DNA from: an uncultured delta proteobacterium
Lineage (GTDB): Bacteria > Desulfobacterota > Binatia > UBA9968
Assembly (NCBI GenBank): GCA_963745835.1
Contig: CAVUZH010000020.1
Span: 64,001 to 128,000, forward strand
Length of the DNA stretch: 64,000 nt
Reading direction: 5' to 3'
Below the pieces are notes generated by a model. It searched no databases. It saw only the letters and a program-made list of their open reading frames with translations, and was not told the origin of the DNA. Shown here piece after piece: positions 1-9,819 of this stretch (position 1 is the first letter of the stretch; every line of letters starts with the position of its first letter). The position numbers were made by a program, and so were the translations under genes.

Positions 1-57
1 CTCTTTCTTGTCGTTTTGATTCTGCGCCCTCAAGGATTGTTCGGAGCGCGCTCATGA
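1..57 (+). CDS. Branched-chain amino acid ABC permease (LivH-like), 3' end only
   Basis: Frame 1 reads LFLVVLILRPQGLFGARS*, the typical LivH C-terminus; the stop overlaps the next start (ATGA). Confidence 0.8.
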   Translation, partial: LFLVVLILRPQGLFGARS

Positions 58-968
58 AACTAGCCGGCGCCGGAATATTACTCGCGGCCGGCTTCGCCGC
101 AATGCCGCTTTTCACCGCGCGCAACGATCTCCTGAATCTCGGCGTACAAATTTTTCTTGCCGTCGCCCTGGCGCAAAGCTGGAACTTGATCGGCGGCTAC
201 GCCGGACAAATTAATCTCGGCCATGCTGCATTTTTTGGCTTGGGCGCGTTGGTGACGCGCATGCTGTGGGTGAGCGGGATGCCGCTGCTTTTGTCGATCG
301 CTGCCGGCGCCGTGGTCGCTACAGCGTTTGGATGCTTGATCGGAGTCCCAGCCTTTCGGTTGCGCGGCGCATACTTTGCCATCGGCACTCTCGGCTTGGC
401 GGAAATTCTTCGCATCACGATCGGCAATGTTCTCCCCGAGATCTCCACGATCCGCGCCGCCGAGCTCGCTTCCTACAACATGCTGCCGCGCTACTATTTG
501 ACTCTCGGATTGGCTGTTCTGTGCGTCGCCGTCGTCGCCTGGATGGTTCCCTCGCGCGTGGGACTAGGCATTCGCGCCGTGCGCGAGGATGAAATTGCCG
601 CCGAAGCTACAGGCGTAAGCGCAGTGCGCCATAAACTTCTCGCTCTCGCCGTCTCCACGGCGATGGCCGGCCTCGCCGGCGGCGCCTTCGCCTACTACCA
701 CGTGAGCTATTACCCGCAGCATACTTTTTCGCCGGTCTGGACTTTCGATGCCGTGCTGATGTCTTTCATCGGTGGCGTTGGCACCGTTCATGGTCCGGTG
801 TTGGGCGCCCTCTTTTATGTGATCCTCAAGGAAGTGCTCGCGCTCCGCTGGGTCGAGTTCCACCTGATCATTTTCGGCGTGTTATTCATCCTGGTCGTGC
901 TGTTCCTGCCCGGTGGCTTGGTCGAAGCGTGGAACCGCGCCCGCCGGCTGATTGCCCGGCCACGCTGA
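54..968 (+). CDS. livM: Branched-chain amino acid ABC permease (LivM-like)
   Basis: WNLIGGYAGQINLGHAAFFGLG, LRGAYFAIGTL, AVREDEIAAEATGV and GGVGTVHGPVLGA motifs. Confidence 0.9.
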   Translation: MKLAGAGILLAAGFAAMPLFTARNDLLNLGVQIFLAVALAQSWNLIGGYAGQINLGHAAFFGLGALVTRMLWVSGMPLLLSIAAGAVVATAFGCLIGVPAFRLRGAYFAIGTLGLAEILRITIGNVLPEISTIRAAELASYNMLPRYYLTLGLAVLCVAVVAWMVPSRVGLGIRAVREDEIAAEATGVSAVRHKLLALAVSTAMAGLAGGAFAYYHVSYYPQHTFSPVWTFDAVLMSFIGGVGTVHGPVLGALFYVILKEVLALRWVEFHLIIFGVLFILVVLFLPGGLVEAWNRARRLIARPR

Positions 969-992
969 GCTTGGTACTGGATGCAACCTCGG

Positions 993-1189
993 TCGGCCAA
1001 TGAATTTTACCGCCGGAAATTCACCGGCGCCGATCCTCGACAAATCGATTCTCTGGACAATTTCATAAGCTGCCGTTAACCACCAAAGACGAGCTGGTTG
1101 AGGATCAACGAAAACATCCGCCGGTCGGCACCGACTTGACCTTTCCGGCAGATCGTTACGGTCCGCATCCACCAAACTTCGCGGGCGAT
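993..1189 (+). pseudogene. Phenylacetate-CoA ligase (PaaK-like) N-terminal fragment, truncated at the RAYT left inverted repeat
   Basis: Manual translation across two frameshifts gives SANEFYRRKF...KLPLTTKDELVEDQRKHPPVGTDLTFPADRY/VRIHQTS; it stops just before the expected GTTG loop. Confidence 0.7.
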
Positions 1190-2243
1190 TAGGGACGCTG
1201 TTGACTAACTGGACAAACTAGAATAGAGAGTGGAGAGAATCGATAAGGGCTACAGCGTATGCCGAGGCAGGCTAGACTGGATAGTCCCGGGACACTGCAC
1301 CATGTAATGATCCGAGGGATTGAAAAGAAGCGGATCGTCCTTGACGAGCAAGACCGAAAAGACTTTGTGCGCCGATTGGGTTTATTGGCCGTGGAAACGA
1401 AGACGGCGATCTATGCATGGGCGTTAATGAGCAACCATGCTCATTTGCTGGTTTGCAGCGGGACTGAGGGATTAGCCAAGTTTATGCGGCGATTTTTGAC
1501 CGGTTACGCGGTGAGTTATAACCTGCGCCATCGCCGGCATGGTCATCTTTTTCAGAACCGTTACAAATCGATGGTGTGCGACGGCGGCAGCTATTTCACC
1601 GAGCTGGTGCGCTACATCCACCTAAACCCGTTAAGAGTGGAGTTGGTAAAGGATTTGAGGCAACTGGAGAGATATCCCTATTGTGGACATGGAACAATCT
1701 TGGGAGCGCAATCAAACGCCTGGCAAGACCGCGACAGCGTGTTGGCCCAGTTTAGCCAACGCGAAGCGGAAGCGAAGGAGGCATACCGGCGCTATATTGC
1801 CGAAGGAGTCGTGCTGGGGCGGCGGCCGGAGCTGGTTGGGGGGAGTGGATCGGTTGGCGAATGGTTTGCGGTGAAATCCCAGCGGCGACGCAGGATTGAA
1901 GAGTCAACTGATGAGCGGATTTTGGGCAGCGGAGCATTTGTAAAGCGTGTTCTAAAAGAAGCAGATGCGCGGACACTCCGGCAAAACGCCTTCAAGAAAA
2001 CCAAACGCTATGCGGAGCGTGTCGTTGCCGCGGCCTGCAAGAAAGACGGCATATCGCTAACAGAACTCCGAAGCGGGAGCCGCCGTGGGAAACTGCCCGC
2101 CGTGAGAGTGAAGATCGTTCAGGGGCTTAGTGGAGGATTATGGCGTGCCCATCGCCGAGGTCGCTCGCCAAGTGGGTATCTCGACATCTGGAGTTTCAAA
2201 GATTCTGACACGAAGTTTGTCCAGCTAGTCAACAGCGTCCCTA
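1190..2243 (+). mobile_element. RAYT-like element with 30-bp terminal inverted repeats
   Basis: 1190-1219 TAGGGACGCTGTTGACTAACTGGACAAACT is the reverse complement of 2214-2243 AGTTTGTCCAGCTAGTCAACAGCGTCCCTA with 1 mismatch; no target duplication seen. Confidence 0.8.
1259..2228 (+). CDS. REP-associated HUH/Y1 transposase (RAYT-like) with C-terminal HTH; frameshift near 2122
   Basis: MPRQAR, HHVMIRG, LMSNHAHLL (HUH), GHLFQNRY and RYIHLNP. The alternative frame gives HTH tail LVEDYGVPIAEVARQVGISTSGVSKILTRSLSS* ending inside the right IR; the ORF track reads to 2266. Confidence 0.88.
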
Positions 2244-2518
2244 GCTGCCGTACTCTTACCCGCTAAATTCACAGGCAAAAACTGGATCTATGCGCTATGC
2301 TTTGGGTCATGGCAGTCATGCGCGAGAGATCCGGCCACCACGAATCAGAACGCTTTTGAACATGGTCTAGCGGGAATCGCGCAACCCCGAGTAAACGGCG
2401 CACTGCCGAACGATTCGTTGCTCCTGAAATGTGAAATTATTGAATCGATTGGAACTGTCCTTTTGAGTGTTCCGACATTGAACCGTTGAACGCTTGAACG
2501 GTTTGAACCGATCGACGC

Positions 2519-2638
2519 GTGTTTGCGTCGGATTTTCCGCACGAAATCGCGATCGAAGACGCACTGCATGAGGTCAATGAAATTCTCGAACGGAAAAATA
2601 GAAACCTAAGCACAAAACCATGATATATCTGACCTACC
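2519..2638 (+). repeat. Amidohydrolase-tail repeat, copy A (short)
   Basis: Encodes VFASDFPHEIAIEDALHEVNEILERKN; nucleotide similarity to copies at 5001, 6152 and 9820. Confidence 0.85.
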
Positions 2639-2800
2639 GTTATGATCGAGAAGCCTCTATGAGCATAGGCCATGGGTTGAAACAATTTTTGCTGGCACTC
2701 CAGCAGAACAAATTACGCAAAACGAGACACGCGCCGACGGTTGAAAACAACGGCCAAGGTTGAGCTGGTTGCCAGTTAGGCGACAAGGAAGGCGATAGTA

Positions 2801-3967
2801 ATGCTTGATGGTTACCAAATATTCGATGCCGATGCGCACACGATGATGAGCCCTAGGATGTGGGCCGACTTGCCTGAAGATTTCGCCGCTCGTCGACCCC
2901 GCGCGGTGCGGATTTCCGACGAAAGCGGACTCGGGTATTGGAACACGGGTTGGTATGTGGATGGTCGATTGGAGCCGCATCCGTTTGGACCAGGAGCCCA
3001 GTCTGCCAATACGCCTGCCATGGTACTGGATGAATTCAAACCGGAACCGGGGAAACCTCGCGCAATGATCGGCTCCACTGATTTCGCGGTACCCGCGGCG
3101 AGCCTCGATCTATCGGACCCGGAAGCACGGTTGCAAAATCTTGAGCGCATGGCGGTGGACATTCAGATGCTTTTCCCATCCACTCTCTATGCTCATATGA
3201 CTTCCGATCCCCGCCTCGATGCGGCTCTCTGTCGTTCGTACAATCGCTATGTCGGCGGTCAATGTCGGTCGGCGCCCAAACGGCTCAAATGGGCCGGGCT
3301 CCTGCCGATGCGCGATCAAGGCGAGGCCATCAAGGCTCTGGACGAGATGCAACATCTAGGGGCGAGCGCCGCGGTGGTATTCGGAACGGTCGGAGAACGG
3401 CTCCTCTCCGACCCGACTTTTACACCCATATGGGACGAATTCGCGCGCAGAACGCTGCCACTTTGCATACACATGGGTATGAGCTATCCGCCGTTTCAGG
3501 ACCTCTGCCATTCAATTCAGGACGCCAATATGATCGCCAAGGCACTGCCCGCGCAGCTCGCCTTTGTCGCCGTTGTCGGTAATAAGATGCTCGACCGCTA
3601 TCCGAGTCTCCGCGTCGCCTTTCTTGAATTCGGCGCCGAATGGATCTTTTACATGTTCGGCCGGATGGAGCATTACCTAAAGGTGAATCGCCGGCGTATG
3701 CCCAGCGCCGCGGCGCTGCCGCAAAAAGATGTCGAGGATTATGCCAAGTGCGGGAGAATTTTCATCGCTCCTGAGTCCGACGACGCCATGCTCGCTCAGG
3801 AGATCGCGCTGCTCGGCGCCAATCAGATTCTTTTCTCTTCGGACTTTCCGCACGGCGAAGGACGGGAAAACGCCGCCCGCGGTATCCTCGATCGCACCGA
3901 TCTCACCGCGGAACAGAAGCGCAAGATTCTTTACGACAATCCGGTCAATTTATTTGGATCGCCATAA
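2801..3967 (+). CDS. Amidohydrolase family protein (Amidohydro_2)
   Basis: DADAH metal motif, CIH, FLEFGAEW, SSDFPH. Confidence 0.9.
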   Translation: MLDGYQIFDADAHTMMSPRMWADLPEDFAARRPRAVRISDESGLGYWNTGWYVDGRLEPHPFGPGAQSANTPAMVLDEFKPEPGKPRAMIGSTDFAVPAASLDLSDPEARLQNLERMAVDIQMLFPSTLYAHMTSDPRLDAALCRSYNRYVGGQCRSAPKRLKWAGLLPMRDQGEAIKALDEMQHLGASAAVVFGTVGERLLSDPTFTPIWDEFARRTLPLCIHMGMSYPPFQDLCHSIQDANMIAKALPAQLAFVAVVGNKMLDRYPSLRVAFLEFGAEWIFYMFGRMEHYLKVNRRRMPSAAALPQKDVEDYAKCGRIFIAPESDDAMLAQEIALLGANQILFSSDFPHGEGRENAARGILDRTDLTAEQKRKILYDNPVNLFGSP

Positions 3968-3972
3968 TCTCG

Positions 3973-4974
3973 ATGAAAACGGCCAAGGAGTCTTCCATGA
4001 AGTGGTTTCGTCGATTTGCCTACTCTGCGGTCGTAACCTTCACGCTTCTTAGCGCGGGGCACACCGCATGGGCACGCACGGTCAAGGTCGGCATTCCTGG
4101 TCACAACGTTACGCAAGCAGCTTTCTATGTCGCCAAGGAGCGGGGCTGGTATCGGGATGAAGGTTTGGATGTCCAGCTGATCATGATGCCCGCGCCGGTG
4201 AGCAATTTGGCGTTGATCGCAGGCAACGTAGATTTCACTTCCGTTCCCACCGCAGCGATTACGGCTGCGTTGCGCGGCGCTCCGCTCCGGGTGCTCTTCA
4301 CAAGCTTCGATAAACCACTTTTCTGGCTCTACGCCAGGCCGGAGATCCGCGAGCTCAAGGAGCTGAAAGGCAGAAAGATCGGGACCAGCGGACTCGGCGC
4401 GGCGGAAACGCTGTTGCGTGAATTCCTTCAAAAGCACGGTTTTGACGTCAGCCGAGATATCACTTTATTGAACACGGGAGCGGATTCAGTTCGTTATGTT
4501 TCTGTTGTGGCGGGCTCGACCGATGCAACTGTGATTACGTTGCCGTGGAATTTTTCCGCCGAGGATGCAGGCCTGCGCAGTCTGGTTTCCTTTACGAAAG
4601 AGGACATGGTGCAGCTCACGGGAAGCGTGGTCGCCCGTGAAGGCATTCTGCGATCCGAACCCAGCGTGGTGGAAAAATTCATCGCCGCTACCATGCGCGG
4701 GCACTTGGCCCTGCGTGAAGATCGTACCGAAGCGATCGCCACGCTGACTCGCAACGTAAAAATTTCCGATGCTCTCGCCGCTAGAAGCTACGATGTGATT
4801 CGCCCGGCTTTGACGCTCGACGGTGGACTCAATGAAGAGTCTCAGCGGAAGGCTCTCGATCTAATTTTACAAGCGCAAAGCATCAAAGATGCGCCCCCGG
4901 CAGAGCGCTTCTTCGATTTTGCGATTCAAAGACGCGTGAGCGCCGATCTTAAGAAAAAAGGCTGGAAACCGTGA
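3973..4974 (+). CDS. ABC transporter substrate-binding protein (NMT1/SsuA-like)
   Basis: Signal peptide; VAKERGWYRDEGLDV and LKGRKIG. Confidence 0.88.
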   Translation: MKTAKESSMKWFRRFAYSAVVTFTLLSAGHTAWARTVKVGIPGHNVTQAAFYVAKERGWYRDEGLDVQLIMMPAPVSNLALIAGNVDFTSVPTAAITAALRGAPLRVLFTSFDKPLFWLYARPEIRELKELKGRKIGTSGLGAAETLLREFLQKHGFDVSRDITLLNTGADSVRYVSVVAGSTDATVITLPWNFSAEDAGLRSLVSFTKEDMVQLTGSVVAREGILRSEPSVVEKFIAATMRGHLALREDRTEAIATLTRNVKISDALAARSYDVIRPALTLDGGLNEESQRKALDLILQAQSIKDAPPAERFFDFAIQRRVSADLKKKGWKP

Positions 4975-5000
4975 AGATACCAACGGTGCAATCGACCGGC

Positions 5001-5214
5001 TCGCGATGGAAGACGCACTGCATGAGATCAATGAAATTCTCGAACGGAAAGATATTCAATGGTAAGCGCAAAGCCATGATACTCGGTGAAAACGCTAAGG
5101 GATTCTACAAACTCTAATGTGAGATTCCCGTTGCTCTGAAGATGCGAGCAGGGTGATTAAGAAAGCGCTATCACGGCCAAATAATTCTGTTGGTGCAACA
5201 CAAGACCCGACGCC
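5001..5214 (+). repeat. Amidohydrolase-tail + RAYT-end repeat, copy B
   Basis: AMEDALHEINEILERK...AMILGENAKGFYKL* followed by a tail ending CAAGACCCGACGCC. Confidence 0.85.
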
Positions 5215-5349
5215 ATGGCTGTTTCCTCTCACTTTTGACCGTGAAAAGTTAGTAGAGTTGGGCAAGTCTGACACGGGGGCGTTCTCCTTCTCGAGGAGTC
5301 TGTTGGAGAACCGTGAATTGATCTAGCGAGCGGGCACGGCATTCACCGA

Positions 5350-5390
5350 TTGACCGAGGGCGAATGCTGCTGTACAGTTAGATGTACAGC
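5350..5390 (+). promoter_or_regulatory. TA promoter with YefM-type operator
   Basis: TTGACC-17-TACAGT; GCTGTACA-GTTAGA-TGTACAGC has two TGTACA cores 12 bp apart, as in the yefM-yoeB operator. Confidence 0.65.
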
Positions 5391-5398
5391 AAAAGGAG

Positions 5399-5704
5399 GT
5401 GGGTTTGAAGCAATTATCGCTAACCGAAGCGCGCGCCAAATTGAGTAGCCTGGTGGCGGAAGTCGACAAGGGAAATGGGCCCATCGCGATTGCGCAGCGG
5501 TCGAAGGTCAAGGCACTGCTCGTCGATCCCGAATGGCATGGCCGGGTAGAGGAAGAACTCGCCCACTACCGAACTCGCTCGAGGCAATCGCCGTTAAAAC
5601 TGCGGGGCAGCATGACATTGACGGGAGACCTGGACGAAGCTCTCCAGGATCTCAAGAAAGAAAGAGAGCAGTCCCTCCAGGGCGTCATTGCCGCGCTCAA
5701 GTGA
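5399..5704 (+). CDS. Phd/YefM family antitoxin
   Basis: LSLTEARAKLSSLVAEV...PIAIAQRSKVKALLV; GGAGG RBS; overlaps the toxin gene. Confidence 0.85.
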   Translation: MGLKQLSLTEARAKLSSLVAEVDKGNGPIAIAQRSKVKALLVDPEWHGRVEEELAHYRTRSRQSPLKLRGSMTLTGDLDEALQDLKKEREQSLQGVIAALK

Positions 5705-6102
5705 TTTACGTTACCGATATGCACCCGCTGGTTTTCTGGTCATCAAATCGTAGACGGCGGTTGGGAAACCGCGCACGGCGTATCTTGCAAGAGACGGAGC
5801 AGGGCAAACACTCCATCATCGTGCCGATTGTCGTTCTGGAAGAAATCAACCGGCTGGTGGAAAGAAAAATCGTTCGCTTGGAGGTTCCGTTTCGTCGCTG
5901 GGCCGAAGAGCTTGAACGCTCGCCCAACTTTCAAGTCCAGGCTTATACGTTGGAAGTTTTGCTGCAATCGGTCTCGCTCGCGGCAATCCGCGACCCGGCG
6001 GATAGAGCCATCGTCGCAACAGCCCGCCAGCTCCGCTGCCCGCTCATCACCGCCGATGACCTTATTCGAGACGGTGAGTGGGTCGATACGGTTTGGGACT
6101 GA
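5701..6102 (+). CDS. VapC/PIN family toxin
   Basis: GTG start at 5701; YVTDMH, VVLEEI, RDPADRAIVATA, LITAD. Confidence 0.88.
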   Translation: MIYVTDMHPLVFWSSNRRRRLGNRARRILQETEQGKHSIIVPIVVLEEINRLVERKIVRLEVPFRRWAEELERSPNFQVQAYTLEVLLQSVSLAAIRDPADRAIVATARQLRCPLITADDLIRDGEWVDTVWD

Positions 6103-6151
6103 CCGCCGCGAGATTATTCTCTTGCATCGATAGAACGGTCCGGAGAGGTCC

Positions 6152-6393
6152 GTGTTTGGGTCCGAGTTCCCGCACGAAACGCGATGGAGACGCATTGCAT
6201 GAGATCAATGAAATTCTCGAACGAAAAAATGTCAAGGATAGGCACAAAGCCATGATACTCAGAGACAACGCCAAGAGATTCTACAACCTCTAGTGTGAGA
6301 TCCTCCCTGTTGCACTGAATATGCGAGCGGAGCGAGTAAGAAACTATTGGGAGGCGTCAAAAGTTCTGTTGTCGTAATGCAAGACCTCACCCT
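6152..6393 (+). repeat. Amidohydrolase-tail + RAYT-end repeat, copy C
   Basis: VFGSEFPHE..DALHEINEILERKNVKDRHKAMILRDNAKRFYNL* followed by a tail ending TAATGCAAGACCTCACCC. Confidence 0.85.
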
Positions 6394-6543
6394 GCGGCTT
6401 GCCCGGCCGCGTGCTGGTAATGCTGCAACAGTTCGCCGGCGTCGCCTATCGCGGTAGTAGTCTCGCGTCTAATCGGGTTCACAATCGTGCATCGGGATCC
6501 CAAGGACCGAGCTTGAGCACCCGGGTCATGCACGGGGCTGAGA

Positions 6544-6908
6544 GAACCCTTAGTCTTTTTCCATCGACCGTTTCCTTGGTAGAAGGATCGTGGCTCAAGC
6601 CCTACGCGCAGTCAGTTAGACTGTCGAGCTTCACGTCGAGCACTTTGCTCCGGACGCTAAAGACGAAGTTTGGCTGACTGAAGTCGGGAGCCGTGGTTGC
6701 AGATCGTATCCGCTACAGAGTCACTGAACGAACGGCGCTCGCATCCGGGAGAGTCAGGGCTTTTGTGCTGACTTCAAGCCAACTGCTAGGGGCCGAAATG
6801 GCTACTGGCTTTGTAAAAGCACTTCCACGGATGAAGCGGCTTATCGCCAACCACACTCCTCCATTCATTGGCCGGGTTTCAAGAAATGGGAAAGTCTCAC
6901 TGTTGTGA
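6544..6908 (+). pseudogene. VapC45-type PIN-like toxin, decayed
   Basis: EPLVFF/IDRFLGRRIVAQALR..*..EHFAPDAKDEVWLTEVGSRG/DRIRYR..RAFVLTS; internal stop and frameshifts. Confidence 0.7.
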
Positions 6909-7031
6909 GCCGTCGCCGAAATCGTCAAGAGGAATACGCTCGTATAAGCACCCGCTGGGACATAAGCGAGAATTTCATACTGCGAGATTGACTTGCCATC
7001 GGTAAGTTTCTCCCCTCTTCGTGCGAATGCC

Positions 7032-7086
7032 TTGACCATAGCCGGCCGGTACAGTACTTTAAGTAGACCAGAATTTTGGTCTACTT
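7032..7086 (+). promoter_or_regulatory. TA promoter with palindromic operator
   Basis: TTGACC-17-TACTTT; perfect 10-bp inverted repeat AAGTAGACCA-N6-TGGTCTACTT at 7061-7086. Confidence 0.6.
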
Positions 7087-7099
7087 GGAGGATGCGAGC

Positions 7100-7393
7100 A
7101 TGTCCAAAACAATGCCCATTTCAGAGGTTAAGACACGGTTGCCTGAGCTCGTCTCCGGCGTCGAGGAGCGGGAAGAAGAGATCGTCGTCACGCGTAACGG
7201 TAAGCCTGCGGCTGTATTGGTGAATTACAACGAGTACGAGCGCTTGAAAGCCACGCTGGATGTTTTGAGCGATCCGGTATCAATGAGGCAGATCGCTCAG
7301 AGTAAGAGCTTCTACGCTAAAGGGCGAGAAGGAGAATCCTTCGAAGCTGTGTTTGGCGATTCTCTGGTTACGCGTAAACGTCTAAAGAAATAA
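7100..7393 (+). CDS. Phd/YefM family antitoxin
   Basis: MPISEVKTRLPELV...IVVTRNGKPAAVLV..YERLKATLDVL. Confidence 0.9.
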   Translation: MSKTMPISEVKTRLPELVSGVEEREEEIVVTRNGKPAAVLVNYNEYERLKATLDVLSDPVSMRQIAQSKSFYAKGREGESFEAVFGDSLVTRKRLKK

Positions 7394-7728
7394 TGGCCGT
7401 CTACCGGCCCGATATCCCACCGCACGTGGCGGAAATCATCCGCCACTTACCTCCGGAATTAAAGCAGCGCATCAAGCGAGCAATCCGATCTTTAAGCGCC
7501 GATCCGTCCGCGGGTGAGCCTCTTATCGCAGAACTATCTGGACTCTGGAGCTTCAAAGTCAGACGATTTCGCATCATTTACGAATTGCATCGTAAAGCGC
7601 GGGTTCTCAGGATCTTCGCCATCGGCCATCGGCGGGAGGTTTATGAGCAACTGGCGGACCGATTGCGCCAGGTCGAGAGAGCGGAAATAGTGTGTTTGCA
7701 ACGAAGAGATAAATTCTTGCGTGTGTGA
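7393..7728 (+). CDS. RelE/ParE family toxin
   Basis: LSADPSAGEPL..LSGLWSFKVRRFRIIY..IFAIGHRREVY. Confidence 0.9.
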   Translation: MAVYRPDIPPHVAEIIRHLPPELKQRIKRAIRSLSADPSAGEPLIAELSGLWSFKVRRFRIIYELHRKARVLRIFAIGHRREVYEQLADRLRQVERAEIVCLQRRDKFLRV

Positions 7729-7874
7729 GAGCGCCCGTGCTTGCCGGGCGCATTTGGATCAACAAAGGCAACTTTTCAACCCAACTCGAGCGAGCCCGCG
7801 ACCACTTGGACTTCGATTCTTTCTCATCGATGTCTTTTAGAATTCATCAACTCCAATTTGACGCTAAGCCCTCC

Positions 7875-8132
7875 TCACACACCTGGCCAGGCTGGACTGA
7901 TTTGACTCGAGAGGCGGTAATCTAGCGCGAGGACTGCAAAGCCTCTGTCCGCCAGCCAGGGTCCCCAACTCTGCTTTTGTGAACCACGCAGCCAAGCGCC
8001 ACCGTGTAAACAAAGCAGTGCCGGATGCATACCGCCACTCGCAGGCAGATAGACGTCGGCGCAAAGATCTCCCTGCGGCCCGCCACCGTAAGGCACATCG
8101 ACGCGGATTTGAACGCTGGTATTGTTGTTCAT
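7875..8132 (-). pseudogene. Alpha/beta hydrolase (HSL-type esterase) N-terminal fragment
   Basis: DVYLP, LHGGAW and LDYRLS are present, but it ends after 85 aa, before the catalytic Ser. Confidence 0.75.
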
Positions 8133-8144
8133 ATCACCGATATC

Positions 8145-9272
8145 TCAGGCGACTTTGTATTCCTTAATCGCATCCTCGTTTAACTCTAGACCGAGTCCAG
8201 GCTTTTCGGTGAGAGTGATCCAACCGTTCACCGGTTCCGGCACCTCCTTGTAGACGACGTTCCAGGTAAGCCAATTGGTGATGTGAACTTCGGCGCGCCA
8301 GCCATTGGGCACCGCGGCGTGCAAATGGACGTCGAAATGGTGACCGTTGCCGATGGGCAGGTTGAAGGCATGGGCCAGGGCGGCGGCTTTCATGCCCATG
8401 GTGAAACCGCCCACCACGAGCACATGGAAATTCAGGAAGTCTACCGAATCTTGCTTCACCAACTCGGCAAGCTTTGAAAGATTATCGTATTGACCGGCGG
8501 CAATCGGAATACTCGTCTGCTTGCGCAGCTGGGCCAGCAGATGTGGATCGTTATACACAATCGGCTCTTCGAACCACATCAGGTTATAGGGCTCGAGGCG
8601 CTTGCACCAGCGCACGGCGGCTTCGAGTTTCATTAGACAGTTGGCGTCTACCATCAACTCCGCCTTGTCGCCGACAGCCTCGCGCACCGCTCTAACTCTT
8701 GCTTCGTCTTCCGCTGGGTCGTCTTCGCGATGCTCGCCGCTGGCACCGGAGGGATCAGTGGCGCCGCGGATGTTCGATCGGCCGACCTGGATTTTGAGGC
8801 GTGTTTCGCCGCGGCCTGCCCAATATCTTGCCGCTTCCACCAATTCCTCGCGGCTGTAGGCGCGCAAACCGAAAGTAATGTAAGCCGGAACTGATTTCTG
8901 TGCGCCGCCGAGAAGACGCCAGACCGGCACTTTGTAAAACTTTCCCTTGATGTCCCAGAGCGCCACGTCGATGGCACTTACCGCGAAGTTCCAGACCCCG
9001 GCATGGGCGCGATTGTTGAATTTCCACAGCATCTGATGCATCAAGCGCTCGTGTTCCAGAGGCGTCTGGCCTTTCAAGAAGGGGACAAGGTCTTTGAGAA
9101 TGAAAGCCGCGGTGGCGGAATACATGGGGCCGGCGATCTGCGATAGGCCAATGATACCGTCATCAGTCGTGATTTTTAGTATGCGCGCTCCGGTTCGCAC
9201 GGGCTGTTTGAAGAGCGGCGGTGTAACTTGGATATTTTGCAGCTCGATAATTTCGATTTCGGCAATCTTCAA
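8145..9272 (-). CDS. Mandelate racemase/muconate lactonizing enzyme family protein
   Basis: SAIDVALWDIKGK, LMVDAN, WFEEP, IPIAAG, KPGLGLE; probable TTG start after GGAGA. Confidence 0.9.
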   Translation of the reverse strand: MKIAEIEIIELQNIQVTPPLFKQPVRTGARILKITTDDGIIGLSQIAGPMYSATAAFILKDLVPFLKGQTPLEHERLMHQMLWKFNNRAHAGVWNFAVSAIDVALWDIKGKFYKVPVWRLLGGAQKSVPAYITFGLRAYSREELVEAARYWAGRGETRLKIQVGRSNIRGATDPSGASGEHREDDPAEDEARVRAVREAVGDKAELMVDANCLMKLEAAVRWCKRLEPYNLMWFEEPIVYNDPHLLAQLRKQTSIPIAAGQYDNLSKLAELVKQDSVDFLNFHVLVVGGFTMGMKAAALAHAFNLPIGNGHHFDVHLHAAVPNGWRAEVHITNWLTWNVVYKEVPEPVNGWITLTEKPGLGLELNEDAIKEYKVA

Positions 9273-9417
9273 GATTAGTCTCCTTCGGTCTTTGGGGGCT
9301 ACCATCGGAATTAACAGGTAGCGCGACGAGTAAGCAACAGGTATAAACGATCTTGATTAAAAGAGGAAAGCAGAGGATCAGGTATTAGAGATTTGACCCC
9401 ATCACCGCATTGCCATC

Positions 9418-9782
9418 ACGCCTTCACGCGTTTCTTCCTGGAAATGTGCATCGACCAGGTGAGATTTATGGGAGGGCTCGTGCAACCGGATCGTTTGGGT
9501 ATCCGCATCCGCATTTGGGCCGAGGAAGAGATTCGACTCGGCCATCTTCCTGCGAAATCAGGAAATATTCTCGAAGCCGTGCTCTATCGCGGTGAGCTGC
9601 CGCGCGGTGAAATGGCGGCAATAGTCGGCACGGGAGACCGCCAAGCGCGCCGGATCATCTCAGCTCTGGTTGACAAGGGTGTATTGCAATCCGAAAGCGC
9701 GCGCGCGCCGCTGCGCCTCGCATTTCCAGCTGCGCTCGCGTCGCGCTGGATGCCGGGACTTTTCCCTGAAAGAATCGAATAA
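9418..9782 (+). pseudogene. Fic family protein, C-terminal fragment
   Basis: FTRFFLEMCIDQVRFM...LYRGELPRGE...RQARRIISALVDKGVL..PLRLAFP..WMPGLFP; no Fic motif or proper start; begins just after ATTTGACCCC. Confidence 0.7.
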
Positions 9783-9819
9783 GACTGGATAACGCCTTCC
9801 CTCGGTTTGCCGCTGCTGC

